DNA of 64,000 nt, taken from NCBI GenBank assembly GCA_042263625.1, contig JBHKFL010000006.1, forward strand, positions 3,766 through 67,765, in the 5' to 3' direction. Source of the DNA: Candidatus Malihini olakiniferum. Lineage in GTDB: Bacteria; Pseudomonadota; Gammaproteobacteria; Enterobacterales; Enterobacteriaceae. The position numbers and the translations under genes were made by a program. Below, one piece after another: positions 45,737 to 57,700 of this stretch (the stretch's first letter is position 1; every line of letters starts with the position of its first letter). The notes below the pieces were generated by a model. It did not search any database. It saw only the letters and a list, made by a program, of their open reading frames with translations, and was not told the DNA's origin.

Positions 45737-46858
45737 ATGAATAACCCTGCACTCATTGTCCGTCGTAAATCAACGCGCATTTACGTCGGCAAGGTTCCTA
45801 TTGGTGATGGCGCACCGATCGCAGTGCAGTCAATGACCAGTACTAGAACTACTGATGTGGATGCTACGGTAAAACAGATCAAATCGCTTGAGCGGGTTGG
45901 CGTGGACATTGTACGCGTTTCCTTGCCCACCATGGATGCGGTGAAAGCCTTTAGACTTGTCAAACAGCAAGTCAATGTACCGCTGGTTGCGGATATCCAT
46001 TTTGACTATCGCATCGCACTGAAAGTGTCGGAATATGGTGTAGATTGCTTGCGTATCAACCCCTGTAATATTGGAAATGAAGAGCGTATCCGCTCTGTGG
46101 TTGCTTGCGCGCGTTATAACAACATTCCTATTCGCATCGGAGTCAATGGCGGCTCTCTAGAAAGAGATCTTCAGAAAAAATATGGTGAGCCTACGCCGGA
46201 AGCGTTGCTTGAATCTGCAATGCGTCATGTAGATATTTTAGATCGCTTAAACTTCGATCAGTTTAAGGTAAGCGTTAAAGCGTCTGATGTTTTTTTAGCG
46301 GTGCAATCTTATCGCTTGCTGGCAACGCGTATTGATCAGCCTTTGCATCTCGGGATCACTGAAGCTGGCGATGCGCGAAGTGGCGCAGTCAAATCTGCAA
46401 TCGGTCTTGGGCTATTACTTTCTGAAGGAATTGGAGATACCCTGCGTATTTCGCTGGCGGCCGATCCGGTTGAAGAGGTCAAAGTCGGTTTTGATATCCT
46501 AAAAACGCTTCGCATTCGCGAGCGTGGAATCAACTTTATCGCTTGTCCTACTTGCTCTCGTCAGGAGTTCGATGTTATCGGCACAGTTAACGCGCTGGAA
46601 CAGCGTCTGGAAGACATCATCACACCGATGGACGTTTCCATTATTGGTTGTGTGGTTAACGGGCCTGGTGAAGCGCTAGTTTCAACGTTAGGCGTGACCG
46701 GAGGTAACAACAAAAGCGGCTTTTATGAAGATGGCATACGACAGAGAGAGCGCTTCGATAACAATGACATGATTGACCATCTGGAAGCAAAAATTCGCGC
46801 TAAAGCAGCGATGTTGGATGAAACCAAGCGCATCACGGTTAAGGTGGTAGATAAGTAA
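45737..46858 (+). CDS. ispG: HMBPP synthase
   Basis: VQSMT, CPTCSR and GCVVNGPGE motifs. Confidence 0.97.
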   Translation: MNNPALIVRRKSTRIYVGKVPIGDGAPIAVQSMTSTRTTDVDATVKQIKSLERVGVDIVRVSLPTMDAVKAFRLVKQQVNVPLVADIHFDYRIALKVSEYGVDCLRINPCNIGNEERIRSVVACARYNNIPIRIGVNGGSLERDLQKKYGEPTPEALLESAMRHVDILDRLNFDQFKVSVKASDVFLAVQSYRLLATRIDQPLHLGITEAGDARSGAVKSAIGLGLLLSEGIGDTLRISLAADPVEEVKVGFDILKTLRIRERGINFIACPTCSRQEFDVIGTVNALEQRLEDIITPMDVSIIGCVVNGPGEALVSTLGVTGGNNKSGFYEDGIRQRERFDNNDMIDHLEAKIRAKAAMLDETKRITVKVVDK

Positions 46859-46992
46859 TCTACCACCTCATCAGCAGTGAGATCATGACTCGGTCATAGC
46901 TTCAACATTGAACAAACCGTCTTAAACCCCCTAGAACGCGGTTTTATCGACCAAACGGTTTTAAACCGCATAGAGAACGATAGAGAACTGAT

Positions 46993-48276
46993 GTGGCAAA
47001 AAATCTCCAAGCCATTCGTGGCATGAATGATTATCTTCCTGCCGAAACGGCCTTATGGCAGCATATTGAAGATAGCCTGAAAAAATCACTCCGAAGTTAC
47101 GGTTACAGTGAGATCCGTCTGCCAATCGTTGAAAAAACCACGTTGTTTAAACGGGCAATTGGCGAAGTGACTGATGTATTCGAAAAAGAGATGTATACCT
47201 TTGAAGACCGTAACGGCGATAGCCTCTCACTGCGTCCAGAAGGAACAGCAGGGTGCGTTCGCGCCGGTATTGAACATGGCATTCTCTATAATCAGGAACA
47301 GCGGATGTGGTATATGGGGCCGATGTTTCGTCACGCACGCCCACAAAAAGGGCGCTATCGTCAATTCCATCAACTGGGTTGTGAAGTCTTTGGGTTGCAA
47401 GGGCCAGATATTGATGCCGAGTTAATTCTGCTCACTGCGCGCTGTTGGCGTGAGCTCGGAATTGCCGAACATGTTTCGCTAGAACTGAACTCCATCGGTT
47501 CGCTGGAAGCGAGAGCTCGATATCGTGAAGCATTGATCGCTTTCCTTGAAAAACACAAATATCAACTAGATGAAGATTGCTTGCGTCGCATGTACACTAA
47601 CCCGCTGCGCGTACTGGACTCCAAAAATGCACAAGTACAGACGTTGCTAAACGATGCACCGGTGCTACCGGATTATCTGGATGATGAATCTCGCCAACAT
47701 TTTGAACAATTAGGTGAACTTTTAACGCAGTCAGGTATACCATTTACTGTGAATCCGCGTTTGGTGCGCGGACTAGATTATTACAACCGCACCGTGTTCG
47801 AGTGGATCACTACCAGTCTTGGGTCGCAGGGTACCGTGTGTGCTGGCGGTCGCTATGACGGTATGGTGGAGCACCTCGAAGGGCATGCAACAACGCCAGC
47901 AGTAGGTTTTGCTATGGGGATAGATCGTTTGGTGCTGTTGGTGCAGTCCATTAATCCGGATTTAACAGCATTACCCGCCGTGGATGTGTATCTAATTTCC
48001 TCCGGCGTCGTTACGCAGTCAGCGGCAATGCAATTGGCTGAAACACTCCGTGATGCGTTACCTGCACTGAAATTGATGACCAACTACGGAGGCGGCAATT
48101 TTAAGAAACAGTTTGCTCGCGCAGATAAATGGAGAGCGCGTATTGCTCTGGTTCTGGGTGAAAACGAAGTGGCTTCCGGTCAGGTGATTGTAAAAAATCT
48201 GAGCAGTGGCGAGCAGGATTCCTTATCGCAGGCGGACATTGCCGCGCGACTGACAACGTTACTCGATTTAGATTAA
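46993..48276 (+). CDS. hisS: histidine--tRNA ligase
   Basis: GMNDYLP, RGLDYY and GGRYD motifs. Confidence 0.97.
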   Translation: MAKNLQAIRGMNDYLPAETALWQHIEDSLKKSLRSYGYSEIRLPIVEKTTLFKRAIGEVTDVFEKEMYTFEDRNGDSLSLRPEGTAGCVRAGIEHGILYNQEQRMWYMGPMFRHARPQKGRYRQFHQLGCEVFGLQGPDIDAELILLTARCWRELGIAEHVSLELNSIGSLEARARYREALIAFLEKHKYQLDEDCLRRMYTNPLRVLDSKNAQVQTLLNDAPVLPDYLDDESRQHFEQLGELLTQSGIPFTVNPRLVRGLDYYNRTVFEWITTSLGSQGTVCAGGRYDGMVEHLEGHATTPAVGFAMGIDRLVLLVQSINPDLTALPAVDVYLISSGVVTQSAAMQLAETLRDALPALKLMTNYGGGNFKKQFARADKWRARIALVLGENEVASGQVIVKNLSSGEQDSLSQADIAARLTTLLDLD

Positions 48277-48288
48277 CAAGAAGACAGC

Positions 48289-49635
48289 GTGGAAGGCTAT
48301 ACCACTGAGAATGAGCAAGTTGGTGCGTTGCGCCGATTCTTTTCCTGCGACAAATGGGTCGTAGGCGAATCCGCTACATGCATTGCAGGCGTTGTTGCAC
48401 AGGCGTTGTTGCATATGAAATTAAATCACCTGATAAGGGCTAAGAGAAACATCATACCCTTGGGTAAAACACTTATAGTTTTGATGCTTTCTCTGACTTT
48501 TTTGAGCGGATGTTCGTTATTCAGAGGCGAAGAAGATGTAGTGACTATGTCACCGCTTCACAAGGTAGAGAACCAGTTTATACCGATAAAAGTCTGGAGC
48601 AGCTCTGTGGGGAGTGGCCTCGACGGGCACTATTCCAACTTGCGTCCAGCCTGGATAGGCGGAAGCATCTTTGCAGCCGATCGTAAAGGATTAGTAAAAG
48701 CGATGGCTTTGGCGAACGGAAAAGAGCTGTGGAGTGCCGATCTGTCCAAAAAACGTGGACTTCTCTCTTCGCGTGAATCCGCGCTACTTTCCGGCGGCGT
48801 GACGGTCTCTGGCGATCATCTATATGTCGGTAGCGAGCGAGCAGAAGTTTTTAGGCTCAATGCGGCAGACGGTACGATCGAATGGAAAGCCACAGCATCG
48901 GGTGAAGTGTTATCACGCCCTGTAGTGAGTGATGGCGCGGTGCTGGTTCACACCAGCAATGGCATGTTGCAAGCGCTAAACGAAAGTGACGGAGCCATCA
49001 AATGGACAGTAAACCTGGCTATCCCGACGCTTTCGCTGCGCGGTGAATCTGCGCCAGCAACGGCGTTTGGTGCAGCCATAGTAGGCGGAGATAACGGTCG
49101 TGTGAACGCTGTGCTGATTAACCAAGGGCAACTGATTTGGCAACAGCGCATCGCTCAAGCGAGCGGTTCGACCGAAATCGATCATCTGAATGATGTAGAC
49201 ACTACGCCAGTTGTAGTCGGTAAACTAGTGTATGCACTGGGTTATAACGGCAATATGACGGCGCTGGATCTACGATCTGGTCAGATCGTATGGAAACGCG
49301 AACTGGGCAGCGTACAAGATTTCGTGATTAATGGTGATGGCATTTTTGTCGTGGATCAAAATGATCGCGTGGTAGCACTCAGTACTAAAAGTGGCGTTAA
49401 TTTATGGCGGCAAAGCAATCTGCTGCACCGTAATCTTACAGGCCCGGCACTGTATAATGGTGATCTGGTGGTGGGAGATTCTGAAGGTTACCTACATTGG
49501 ATTAATACTACAGATGGTCGTTTCGTTGCACAGTATAAAGTGGATAGTTCCGGCTTTCTAAGCGCCCCGATGTTGGCTAGTGACAAGCTGCTGATTCAGG
49601 CGAAGAACGGTGAAGTCTACGCGTTTACCCGCTAA
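48289..49635 (+). CDS. bamB: BamB lipoprotein fused in-frame to a YfgM remnant
   Basis: YfgM N-terminus (YTTENEQV-ALRRFF) and C-terminus (LL-MKLN-L) precede lipobox LSGC and PQQ-like repeats. Confidence 0.92.
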   Translation: MEGYTTENEQVGALRRFFSCDKWVVGESATCIAGVVAQALLHMKLNHLIRAKRNIIPLGKTLIVLMLSLTFLSGCSLFRGEEDVVTMSPLHKVENQFIPIKVWSSSVGSGLDGHYSNLRPAWIGGSIFAADRKGLVKAMALANGKELWSADLSKKRGLLSSRESALLSGGVTVSGDHLYVGSERAEVFRLNAADGTIEWKATASGEVLSRPVVSDGAVLVHTSNGMLQALNESDGAIKWTVNLAIPTLSLRGESAPATAFGAAIVGGDNGRVNAVLINQGQLIWQQRIAQASGSTEIDHLNDVDTTPVVVGKLVYALGYNGNMTALDLRSGQIVWKRELGSVQDFVINGDGIFVVDQNDRVVALSTKSGVNLWRQSNLLHRNLTGPALYNGDLVVGDSEGYLHWINTTDGRFVAQYKVDSSGFLSAPMLASDKLLIQAKNGEVYAFTR

Positions 49636-49747
49636 ACAGATTGTATCTTGATATAGATTAAGAATAAATCAGTCATCGTTTCGATTTTTAAATATCAGCG
49701 ATCCTATTTTCTATCACATATTCAACTATAAATAATAAGGTGGTGAA

Positions 49748-51232
49748 ATGATACCTGTCGTCGCGCTCGTTGGGCGCCCGAATGTGGGAAAATCTACCCT
49801 ATTTAACCACCTGACACGTACGCGTGACGCCCTGGTGGCTGATTTTCCTGGGCTTACGCGTGACCGTAAGTACGGTCGGGCTGAGATAGAAGGGAAGGAG
49901 TTCATTATCATTGATACTGTCGGTATCGAGGTTTCGGAAAAGGGAGTGGAAACCTGTATGGCTGGGCAATCTCTGGTCGCTATTGAAGAAGCGAATATCG
50001 TATTATTTATGGTGGATGCGCGCGCGGGCCTGATGCCTGCAGATAAGGGCATTGCACAACATTTGCGCAGCCTCGGAAAAGAGACCATTCTGGTTGCTAA
50101 CAAAATTGATGGTGTTGATGCCGATAGCGCAATGGCTGAGTTTTATGCGCTTGGGCTAGGGGAATTGTACCCCATGGTGGCCTCTCATGGTCTCGGCGTG
50201 ATGTTTTTGCTGGAAAACGTGCTGCTTCCTTATGCTAAAGAAGAAGAGGAACCAGTTGAACTGACGGAAGAAGAAAGCAATGCTGCCTATTGGGCAGAGC
50301 ATTTAGGAAAAAATACTGAGACTGAAAGCGAAACTGAAGATATTTCTGATCCAGAAAGCATGCCCATCAGACTAGCTATTGTCGGGCGCCCTAATGTAGG
50401 AAAATCCACCCTAACCAACCGCATTCTCGGTGACGAGAGAGTGGTGGTATTTGATATACCGGGAACGACACGTGACAGCATCTATATTCCGATGAAACGC
50501 GATGGTCGTGACTATGTGCTGATCGATACCGCTGGAGTACGTAAGCGCGGCAAGATAATGGAAAACATAGAGAAATTCTCAGTAATAAAAACGCTGCAAG
50601 CAATCGAAGATGCCAATGTCGTATTGCTTGTGATCGATGCAGTCGAAGGTATTTGCAATCAAGATCTCTCACTGCTGAGCTTTATTCTGAATACCAGTCG
50701 TTCTCTGGTTATTGCGGTAAATAAATGGGACAAGCTGTCGCTGGAGATCAAAGACCAAGTAAAAGAGATGCTTGATCTGCGATTGGGATTCATTGATTTT
50801 GCTCGTACGCACTTCATCTCTGCATTGCATGGTATCGGAGTCGACAACCTGTTTGAGTCCGTACATGAAGCCTACACCTGCGCGAATAAGCGCGTCAGTA
50901 CTGCGCTATTGACACGTATTCTGCAAATGGCCTCTTCTGATCATCATCCTCCACTGGTACGCAGCCGTCGCGTGAAGCTGAAATATGCGCATGCCGGGGG
51001 CTATAATCCTCCGATTGTGGTGATCCACGGCAATCAGGTCAAAGATCTACCAGATTCCTATAAGCGATACCTGATGAACTACTACCGTCGTTCGCTGAAC
51101 GTGATGGGTACACCTATTCGCATTCAATTTAAAGAGGGAAAAAACCCCTTTTCTGAGAAGCGTAATACCCTCACGAAAAATCAGCTGCGTAAGCGTAAGC
51201 GTTTGATGCAACATATCAAGAAAGGAAAATAA
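49748..51232 (+). CDS. der: ribosome biogenesis GTPase Der
   Basis: Two GRPNVGKS G-domains with an acidic linker. Confidence 0.97.
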   Translation: MIPVVALVGRPNVGKSTLFNHLTRTRDALVADFPGLTRDRKYGRAEIEGKEFIIIDTVGIEVSEKGVETCMAGQSLVAIEEANIVLFMVDARAGLMPADKGIAQHLRSLGKETILVANKIDGVDADSAMAEFYALGLGELYPMVASHGLGVMFLLENVLLPYAKEEEEPVELTEEESNAAYWAEHLGKNTETESETEDISDPESMPIRLAIVGRPNVGKSTLTNRILGDERVVVFDIPGTTRDSIYIPMKRDGRDYVLIDTAGVRKRGKIMENIEKFSVIKTLQAIEDANVVLLVIDAVEGICNQDLSLLSFILNTSRSLVIAVNKWDKLSLEIKDQVKEMLDLRLGFIDFARTHFISALHGIGVDNLFESVHEAYTCANKRVSTALLTRILQMASSDHHPPLVRSRRVKLKYAHAGGYNPPIVVIHGNQVKDLPDSYKRYLMNYYRRSLNVMGTPIRIQFKEGKNPFSEKRNTLTKNQLRKRKRLMQHIKKGK

Positions 51233-51299
51233 TCAGAATGGAGCAGAATGGAGGATTGTCACCACATGTTATGGTTGCATTGGATGGTAATGACCCTCT

Positions 51300-52016
51300 T
51301 CTAACTTTACCATGCACACCTGTTGATCTTGCTGATGGGGGCGTAGTTAGATGACGCTTTGTGCGATGCAGTTTGGGTACTATTACCAGGTTTTATTGCT
51401 CCAATAACGAAAAGGGTGTACTCTTCAGCAAGAAAGCGCTGCTGACCAGCATTGCGACCAACCATCTTCTTATATTTCGTGTCCTATTCCAAGCCTAGAT
51501 AGGCGATGCCTGATTTGCATGTTTAAGTTGGGATTGCAGTATCCTGGCGAAAATCTAAATTTCAAGATCATGCTGCGCACTAGTAACGTTGCAGCACTCT
51601 CCACAGTGGCTAAACTAGTGGTCATACCAGGGGAGTAAAGGCTACGCTTTGGGCTTACTTCATAACTGACGGCGCTGAAGACGGGAATATCCTTAAATCT
51701 CCAGAGATCTTCCAGCGAACCGCCACCACGGCACAGCAATCACTCTATCACACTCCTGCTGTTGGTTGGCAAGCTGGATGGGGCGAACAATGTGCACTGC
51801 ACTGGGATATCTTCACCGCGGCGCGGGCTGCATACTCTACTGCCAGTAGTTAGTAATCCCCCTCCGGATTCGTTCGTATAGGGTATAGAAGAACAATCAC
51901 AAGTCGCTTGCTGGTACGAAACATAGTGCATCGTACCTCAGTTTCTAGAAACAATCGCCTGACCGTTTGATTGAAGCGTCTGACACTAAAAATAGTGGAC
52001 GATGGCGCTTGGAACA
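51300..52016 (-). pseudogene. xseA: exonuclease VII large subunit remnant
   Basis: RFNQTVR and RGGGSLEDLW-F-IPVFSAV fragments with large deletions; divergent from guaB. Confidence 0.9.
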
Positions 52017-52079
52017 TAATGTTAGCCAAGCTGGCTTTATGAGAAAAATCAAATATTAAAACAGAGGGTTAATTACCAG

Positions 52080-52152
52080 ATTATACAGAGCCTAATCGCT
52101 TGCCTCCAGCTTTCATAAAAAGCTGGAGGCAAGCGATTAGGCTCTGTATAAT
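52080..52152. repeat. perfect inverted repeat, 34-bp arms, 5-nt loop
   Basis: ATTATACAGAGCCTAATCGCTTGCCTCCAGCTTT-cataa-AAAGCTGGAGGCAAGCGATTAGGCTCTGTATAAT. Confidence 0.97.
52124..52152 (+). promoter_or_regulatory. guaB promoter with overlapping PurR-like box
   Basis: TGGAGG-17 bp-TATAAT aligns with the enterobacterial guaB promoter (TAGATG-17-TATAAT). Confidence 0.75.
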
Positions 52153-52195
52153 GCAACGGCAATATTTTACACATCCCAATATGAGATATTGCCCA

Positions 52196-53683
52196 ATGCT
52201 ACGTATTGCCAAAGAAGCACTGACGTTTGATGACGTACTCCTGATTCCCGCTCACTCTACGGTTCTACCGAATACTGCTGACCTCAGTACTCGTCTCACG
52301 AAGAACATTCGTCTGAATATTCCTATGCTCTCTGCCGCCATGGATACCGTCACTGAATCCAGCTTGGCTATCGCATTGGCACAGGAAGGTGGTTTGGGTT
52401 TTATTCATAAAAACATGTCGATTGCGCGTCAGGCAGAAGAAGTCAGTCGTGTAAAACGCTATGAAAGCGGCGTTGTAGTTTATCCACAAACGGTGACCCC
52501 GAGCACCACATTGCGTCAAGTAAAAGAATTGACCGAGCGTAACGGTTTTGCCGGTTACCCGGTGGTGACGGACGATAACGAGTTGGCAGGTATTATAACC
52601 GGTCGTGATGTGCGTTTTGTGACTGATTTGGAATGCCAAGTCAGCGTAGTGATGACGCCGAAAGAACGCCTCGTAACGGTGCCTGAAGGAGAAGCGCGGG
52701 AGGTCGTGCTACAAAAAATGCACGAGAAACGTATTGAAAAAGCGCTGGTTGTAGATGATAGATTCCATCTACTTGGCCTTATTACCGTAAAAGATTTCGA
52801 GAAAGCAGAACGAAAACCTAACGCCTGTAAAGACGAGTATGGCCGCTTGCGCGTTGGTGCTGCTGTCGGCGCAGGGGGTGCGGGTAACGAAGAACGTGAA
52901 GAACGTGTTGATGCGTTAGTTTCTGCCTGTGTTGACGTGTTGCTAATTGACTCCTCACATGGCCACTCCGAAAGGGTATTACAGTGCATTCGTGAAACTC
53001 ATGAAAAATATCCTGATCTGCAGATTATCGGTGGTAACGTTGCGACTGGAGCTGGTGCCAAGGCGCTGGCTGAAGCGGGTGTGAGCGCAGTAAAAGTAGG
53101 CATTGGCCCTGGGTCTATTTGTACTACCCGTATCGTTACCGGTGTAGGTGTACCGCAGATTACCGCAATTTACGACGCTGTAGAAGCGCTTGAAGGTACG
53201 GGCATTCCTGTGATTGCTGACGGCGGAATCCGTTTTTCCGGTGATATTGCCAAAGCTATTGCAGCGGGAGCATCCTGTGTGATGGTGGGATCTATGCTAG
53301 CTGGAACTGAAGAATCTCCTGGTGAGATCGAGCTTTATCAGGGACGTGCATTTAAATCTTACCGTGGGATGGGATCTCCGGGTGCTATGTCCAAAGGATC
53401 TTCTGATCGATACTTCCAAAGCGACAATGCTGCTGACAAACTAGTACCGGAAGGAATTGAAGGGTGTGTAGCTTATAAAGGCCGCCTAAAAGAGATCGTG
53501 CATCAGCAGATGGGGGGCTTGCGTTCTTCGATGGGGCTAACAGGCTGCGGTACGATCGACGCATTGCGCAAGGCTGAGTTTATACGCATCAGCGGTGCTG
53601 GTATTCAGGAAGGACATGTACATGATGTCAGTATCACCAAGGAATCCCCGAACTATCGCATGGGTTTATTTGAAGCTGGCTAA
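52196..53683 (+). CDS. guaB: IMP dehydrogenase
   Basis: [17 protein letters not shown] pair, [11 protein letters not shown] catalytic loop. Confidence 0.97.
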   Translation: MLRIAKEALTFDDVLLIPAHSTVLPNTADLSTRLTKNIRLNIPMLSAAMDTVTESSLAIALAQEGGLGFIHKNMSIARQAEEVSRVKRYESGVVVYPQTVTPSTTLRQVKELTERNGFAGYPVVTDDNELAGIITGRDVRFVTDLECQVSVVMTPKERLVTVPEGEAREVVLQKMHEKRIEKALVVDDRFHLLGLITVKDFEKAERKPNACKDEYGRLRVGAAVGAGGAGNEEREERVDALVSACVDVLLIDSSHGHSERVLQCIRETHEKYPDLQIIGGNVATGAGAKALAEAGVSAVKVGIGPGSICTTRIVTGVGVPQITAIYDAVEALEGTGIPVIADGGIRFSGDIAKAIAAGASCVMVGSMLAGTEESPGEIELYQGRAFKSYRGMGSPGAMSKGSSDRYFQSDNAADKLVPEGIEGCVAYKGRLKEIVHQQMGGLRSSMGLTGCGTIDALRKAEFIRISGAGIQEGHVHDVSITKESPNYRMGLFEAG

Positions 53684-53783
53684 TCTGCCGATTTTGATGA
53701 ACTGTTTTTACAGAAAGTCTTAACGTTTACCTAGTTCTCTGATGTTGTTTGCTCCTTACGTATTTTGGAATGCGCCTCCTCTC

Positions 53784-55361
53784 ATGACAGAAAATATTCA
53801 TCAACACCGCATACTCATTCTAGATTTTGGATCACAGTATATAGAACTGGCTGCACGTCGTGTGCGTGAACTTGGCGTTTATTGTGAGCTCTGGGCATGG
53901 AACGTGACCGAAGTACAGATTCGCGAATTCAATCCAAACGGAATCATCCTTTCTGGCGGCCCAGAAAGCACAACTGAGCACAATAGTCCGCGTGCACCGG
54001 AATACGTATTCCAAGCAGGTATACCTGTGCTGGGTGTGTGTTATGGCATGCAGACTATGGCCATGCAACTTGGCGGGCATGTTGAAGGCTCTACTGAGCG
54101 TGAATTTGGTTATGCGCAGGTTAAAATTAAAATCGAAAGTGCGCTACTGCGCGATATCCAGGACGCATTGAGTGACAGCGGCGTTCCATTGCTGGATGTA
54201 TGGATGAGCCACGGTGATAAAGTGATGGCACTGCCTTCTAATTTCGTTACCGTTGCCAGCACCGATACCTGTCCGTTTGCCATTATAGCTAACGAAGAAA
54301 AACGCTTCTATGGTGTACAGTTCCATCCAGAAGTGACCCATACCCGTCAGGGGAAACGCATACTGGAGCGCTTTGTACGTGATATCTGCCAGTGTGATGC
54401 ATTGTGGACTCCAGCTAAAATTATTGATGATACGGTGGTGCGACTGCGTGAACAGGTTGGTAATGATCGCGTGATCCTTGGCCTTTCTGGTGGCATAGAT
54501 TCCTCTGTAACGGCGATGCTGCTACATCGTGCTATTGGCGATCGTCTAATCTGCGTATGTGTAGATAATGGCTTGCTACGTTTACACGAAACAGACCAAG
54601 TTTTACAAATGTTTAGTGACCACTTTGGCCTGAATATTATACACGTTGCAGCGGAAGATCGTTTTTTATCTGAATTAGCCGGTGAAAACGATCCAGAAGC
54701 TAAGCGCAAAATTATTGGTCGCGCGTTCGTCGAAGTCTTCGATGAAGAAGCGAGCAAACAGACTGAAGTAAAATGGCTAGCGCAGGGTACTATTTACCCT
54801 GACGTAATTGAATCTGCTGTGTCTAAAACCGGTAAATCGCACGTTATTAAATCCCATCACAATGTAGGTGGCTTGCCGAAAGAGATGAAGCTGGGTCTAG
54901 TTGAACCGTTGAAAGAGTTGTTTAAAGACGAAGTGCGTAAGATTGGGCTTGAACTAGGCTTGCCGTACAACATGTTATACCGTCATCCGTTCCCGGGTCC
55001 TGGTCTTGGCGTGCGTGTACTGGGCGAAGTGAAGAAAGAGTATTGCGATCTACTACGTCGTGCCGACGCTATTTTCATCGAAGAGCTGCACAAAGCTAAC
55101 CTGTACCACAAAGTGAGCCAGGCGTTTACCGTATTCCTGCCGGTGCGTTCCGTTGGTGTGATGGGAGATCGTCGTAAATATGACTGGGTAGTTTCTCTGC
55201 GCGCAATTGCAAGCATCGACTTTATGACTGCGGACTGGGCACACCTGCCTTATGACTTTCTTGGCCGAGTTTCCAACCGTATTATCAATGAAGTTGATGG
55301 TATTTCTCGCGTGCTTTACGACGTTTCGGGCAAACCGCCCGCAACGATCGAGTGGGAATGA
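53784..55361 (+). CDS. guaA: GMP synthase (glutamine-hydrolysing)
   Basis: GVCYG, QFHPE, SGGIDS and KPPATIEWE motifs. Confidence 0.98.
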   Translation: MTENIHQHRILILDFGSQYIELAARRVRELGVYCELWAWNVTEVQIREFNPNGIILSGGPESTTEHNSPRAPEYVFQAGIPVLGVCYGMQTMAMQLGGHVEGSTEREFGYAQVKIKIESALLRDIQDALSDSGVPLLDVWMSHGDKVMALPSNFVTVASTDTCPFAIIANEEKRFYGVQFHPEVTHTRQGKRILERFVRDICQCDALWTPAKIIDDTVVRLREQVGNDRVILGLSGGIDSSVTAMLLHRAIGDRLICVCVDNGLLRLHETDQVLQMFSDHFGLNIIHVAAEDRFLSELAGENDPEAKRKIIGRAFVEVFDEEASKQTEVKWLAQGTIYPDVIESAVSKTGKSHVIKSHHNVGGLPKEMKLGLVEPLKELFKDEVRKIGLELGLPYNMLYRHPFPGPGLGVRVLGEVKKEYCDLLRRADAIFIEELHKANLYHKVSQAFTVFLPVRSVGVMGDRRKYDWVVSLRAIASIDFMTADWAHLPYDFLGRVSNRIINEVDGISRVLYDVSGKPPATIEWE

Positions 55362-55519
55362 TTTAACGTCTGGCAATAGAGACTGCACGTATAAGAAGTA
55401 TAACCTCTTTAAAAACCATATGATTTGCGGCTTTTTCGTATTTTGAGCATGGTTTGTCAGCGCGTAATATTTTATCATTCTTTCTTTCACTTTGAATAGC
55501 TGAAAGCACGCGAATCGCG

Positions 55520-55640
55520 GTGCACAGCGGTTAGCGGCCACACCCGCCCACTGCCAATAGCGATCACTAAAGTATCACTAGAAAACCAAAAATCGGGGGG
55601 CGAGAAGGTTACACATTGTGCTGCATTAGGAAACTGTCGT
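55520..55640 (-). pseudogene. possible yegS lipid kinase remnant
   Basis: CVTF and TLVIAIGSG weakly resemble VRVTW and TVVAGGGDG; lies downstream of yegQ. Confidence 0.25.
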
Positions 55641-55727
55641 TTCTGCTAGCCGAGATCGTGTTTGTATGCTAACTACTTTTTATAAAAAAAGTTACAGGAC
55701 AAGACTGGAAAGTCTGATTACGCTGCC

Positions 55728-57092
55728 TTACGCCGCATTTGGGTTGCACGTAGTCACTTCACTCGGAAGATTACGCAGCAATAAAGCAAACTCTAGCGCT
55801 ACATCATCCGGCACCGGGATGTATACTATATGCCCGCTTCCTGGAGCGATATCAATGGCTTCGCCTTTGGCGTTTTGCAACGTATCGAGAGTGAACTGAA
55901 TGTTGCCGTTCGGCGTCACCATTTCCACGCTGTCACCAAGGCAGAACTTGTTTTTTACCGCGACTTCAGTCAATCCGTTGCGCCGCTCACCGGTAAATTC
56001 ACCGACGAACTGTTGGCGATTCGATACCGAATATCCGTATTCGTAGTTCTGGTAATCTTCATGAAGATGACGGCGCAGAAAGCCTTCGGTATAGCCTCTG
56101 TGCGCTAAACCTTCCAGGGTTTGCAGCAGTGTCGGATCAAAAGGTTTACCTGCGGCTGCATCGTCGATCGCCTGACGGTAAACCTGTGCTGTACGGGCGC
56201 AGTAATAGAAGGATTTAGTGCGGCCTCCAATCTTTAGTGAATGCACTTGCATTTTGGTTAAGCGCTCAACGTGCTGAATAGCGCGTAGATCGCGTGAGTT
56301 CATGATATAGGTACCATGCTCATCTTCAAAAGCACTCATATACTCGCCCGGGCGCTGTCTCTCTTCCAGCATAAACAATTTTTCAGTAGGCTCACCAATG
56401 CCGAGCGTGGGTTCTCCCATCCGCACCGGAATCGGCTCGTGTCTATGAACGATATTGCCCGTGTCGTCTTCTTTTCCTTCCTGTACCTTGTACTCCCAAC
56501 GGCAAGCATTAGTGCAGGTGCCTTGATTTGGGTCGCGCTTGTTAATATAACCGGAAAGTAGGCAGCGGCCAGAGTAAGCCATGCATAAAGCACCGTGCAC
56601 GAAAATTTCCAGTTCCATTTTAGGAACCTGCTGGCGGATTTCGCCAATCTCTTCCAGAGATAATTCGCGGGAAAGGATTACTCGACTCATCCCCATTTGC
56701 TGCCAGAATTTTACCGTTGCCCAATTCACAGCGTTGGCCTGTACTGAAAGATGAACTGGCATTTGTGGGAAGTTTTCTTTTACCAGCATGATCAGACCGG
56801 GATCGGATATGATCAACGCATCTGGCTCCATATCAATCACTGGCTGCAGGTCGCATAGGAAGGTTTTCAGCTTAGCGTTGTGCGGAGCAATGTTTACCAC
56901 CACGTAGAATTTTTTTTTCAGCTCGTGAGCTTCATTGATGGCAAACGCCAGAGTCTTATGGTTGAATTCGTTATTACGTACCCGCAGGCTGTAACGAGGT
57001 TGCCCGGCATAAATCGCATCAGCTCCATACGCAAAGGCGTAGCGCATATTTTTTAGCGTACCGGCTGGAGAAAGCAGTTCCGGTTTAAACAT
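55728..57092 (-). CDS. trhP: U32-family tRNA U34 hydroxylation protein (YegQ)
   Basis: MFKPELLSPAG and HGALCMAYSGRC..CTNACRW motifs. Confidence 0.95.
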   Translation of the reverse strand: MFKPELLSPAGTLKNMRYAFAYGADAIYAGQPRYSLRVRNNEFNHKTLAFAINEAHELKKKFYVVVNIAPHNAKLKTFLCDLQPVIDMEPDALIISDPGLIMLVKENFPQMPVHLSVQANAVNWATVKFWQQMGMSRVILSRELSLEEIGEIRQQVPKMELEIFVHGALCMAYSGRCLLSGYINKRDPNQGTCTNACRWEYKVQEGKEDDTGNIVHRHEPIPVRMGEPTLGIGEPTEKLFMLEERQRPGEYMSAFEDEHGTYIMNSRDLRAIQHVERLTKMQVHSLKIGGRTKSFYYCARTAQVYRQAIDDAAAGKPFDPTLLQTLEGLAHRGYTEGFLRRHLHEDYQNYEYGYSVSNRQQFVGEFTGERRNGLTEVAVKNKFCLGDSVEMVTPNGNIQFTLDTLQNAKGEAIDIAPGSGHIVYIPVPDDVALEFALLLRNLPSEVTTCNPNAA

Positions 57093-57269
57093 TATGACTC
57101 TCTAGTCTGATCAAAAGTCAGACTATTCCTAAAGGAATAATAAACGGAGGGTGATTATAGCGCTAATTCTGGTAAAAATCACCTAACGGAGGAGAAAAGT
57201 GTGGCTATTGTATTGCCCACACGCGTATTGGCGTAGGGAATTATTTTCGTAAGGCTAGCGCGGTTGTGC

Positions 57270-57380
57270 GCATGCGGTAAATCAACCTATGGGGGAAACT
57301 AGCGGCAAAATCCCCATCCGGTTTAGCCACAGGATCCCATAGTAATGATCAAAATAGCGAATATTGCATTCGAACGTACT
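57270..57380 (-). pseudogene. mdtC: RND transporter MdtC, N-terminal remnant
   Basis: PVA and ILPLVSP-VDLP resemble LLPVSPLPQVDFP. Confidence 0.45.
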
Positions 57381-57449
57381 GGTAGGTAATAGCCAATCAG
57401 TTGCTCTGCGCTCTTCGTCGATTCCGGTGGCTCTTTCGGATGCGTTTAG

Positions 57450-57700
57450 GTTAATACTACAATACCTATGCTGTCACCGCTGCACTTCTGCGCTGGCGAC
57501 AGACCTTTCATCGGCCTGGATACTGCCTTCTGTCTGATGGACTTGTGCTACCTGTCAGTTTTTCTACCGGGAGATCAGATAGGTTGTAATCAGTTGTTGA
57601 TAACGCGCTAGATCATGACGGATGTTGGACAGAGCAAGTCTGATCGTTATCTAACGGCCCTTGTAACTGCGTTAACGAAAACTAACTGGTGCTGGCATTG
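57450..57700 (-). pseudogene. mdtA: membrane fusion protein MdtA remnant
   Basis: ALSNIRHDLARYQQLITTYLISR*..QTEGSIQADERSVASA. Confidence 0.85.

Noticed and set aside
52100-52195. N-terminal extension of GuaB in the ORF track
   Set aside because: It starts at a TTG inside the palindrome upstream of the promoter; the conserved start is ATG 52196. Extensions of folK, pcnB, dksA, pdxJ, yfhL, suhB, ndk, guaA and nupC were trimmed likewise.
55362-55727. Genomic island at the guaA 3' integration hotspot
   Set aside because: No integrase and no repeat of the guaA 3' end.
57103-57125. 8-bp-arm hairpin in the trhP leader and other short stems (18788, 29263, 31242, 43220)
   Set aside because: Short or imperfect; within chance expectation or likely ancestral, so not counted in the hairpin set.
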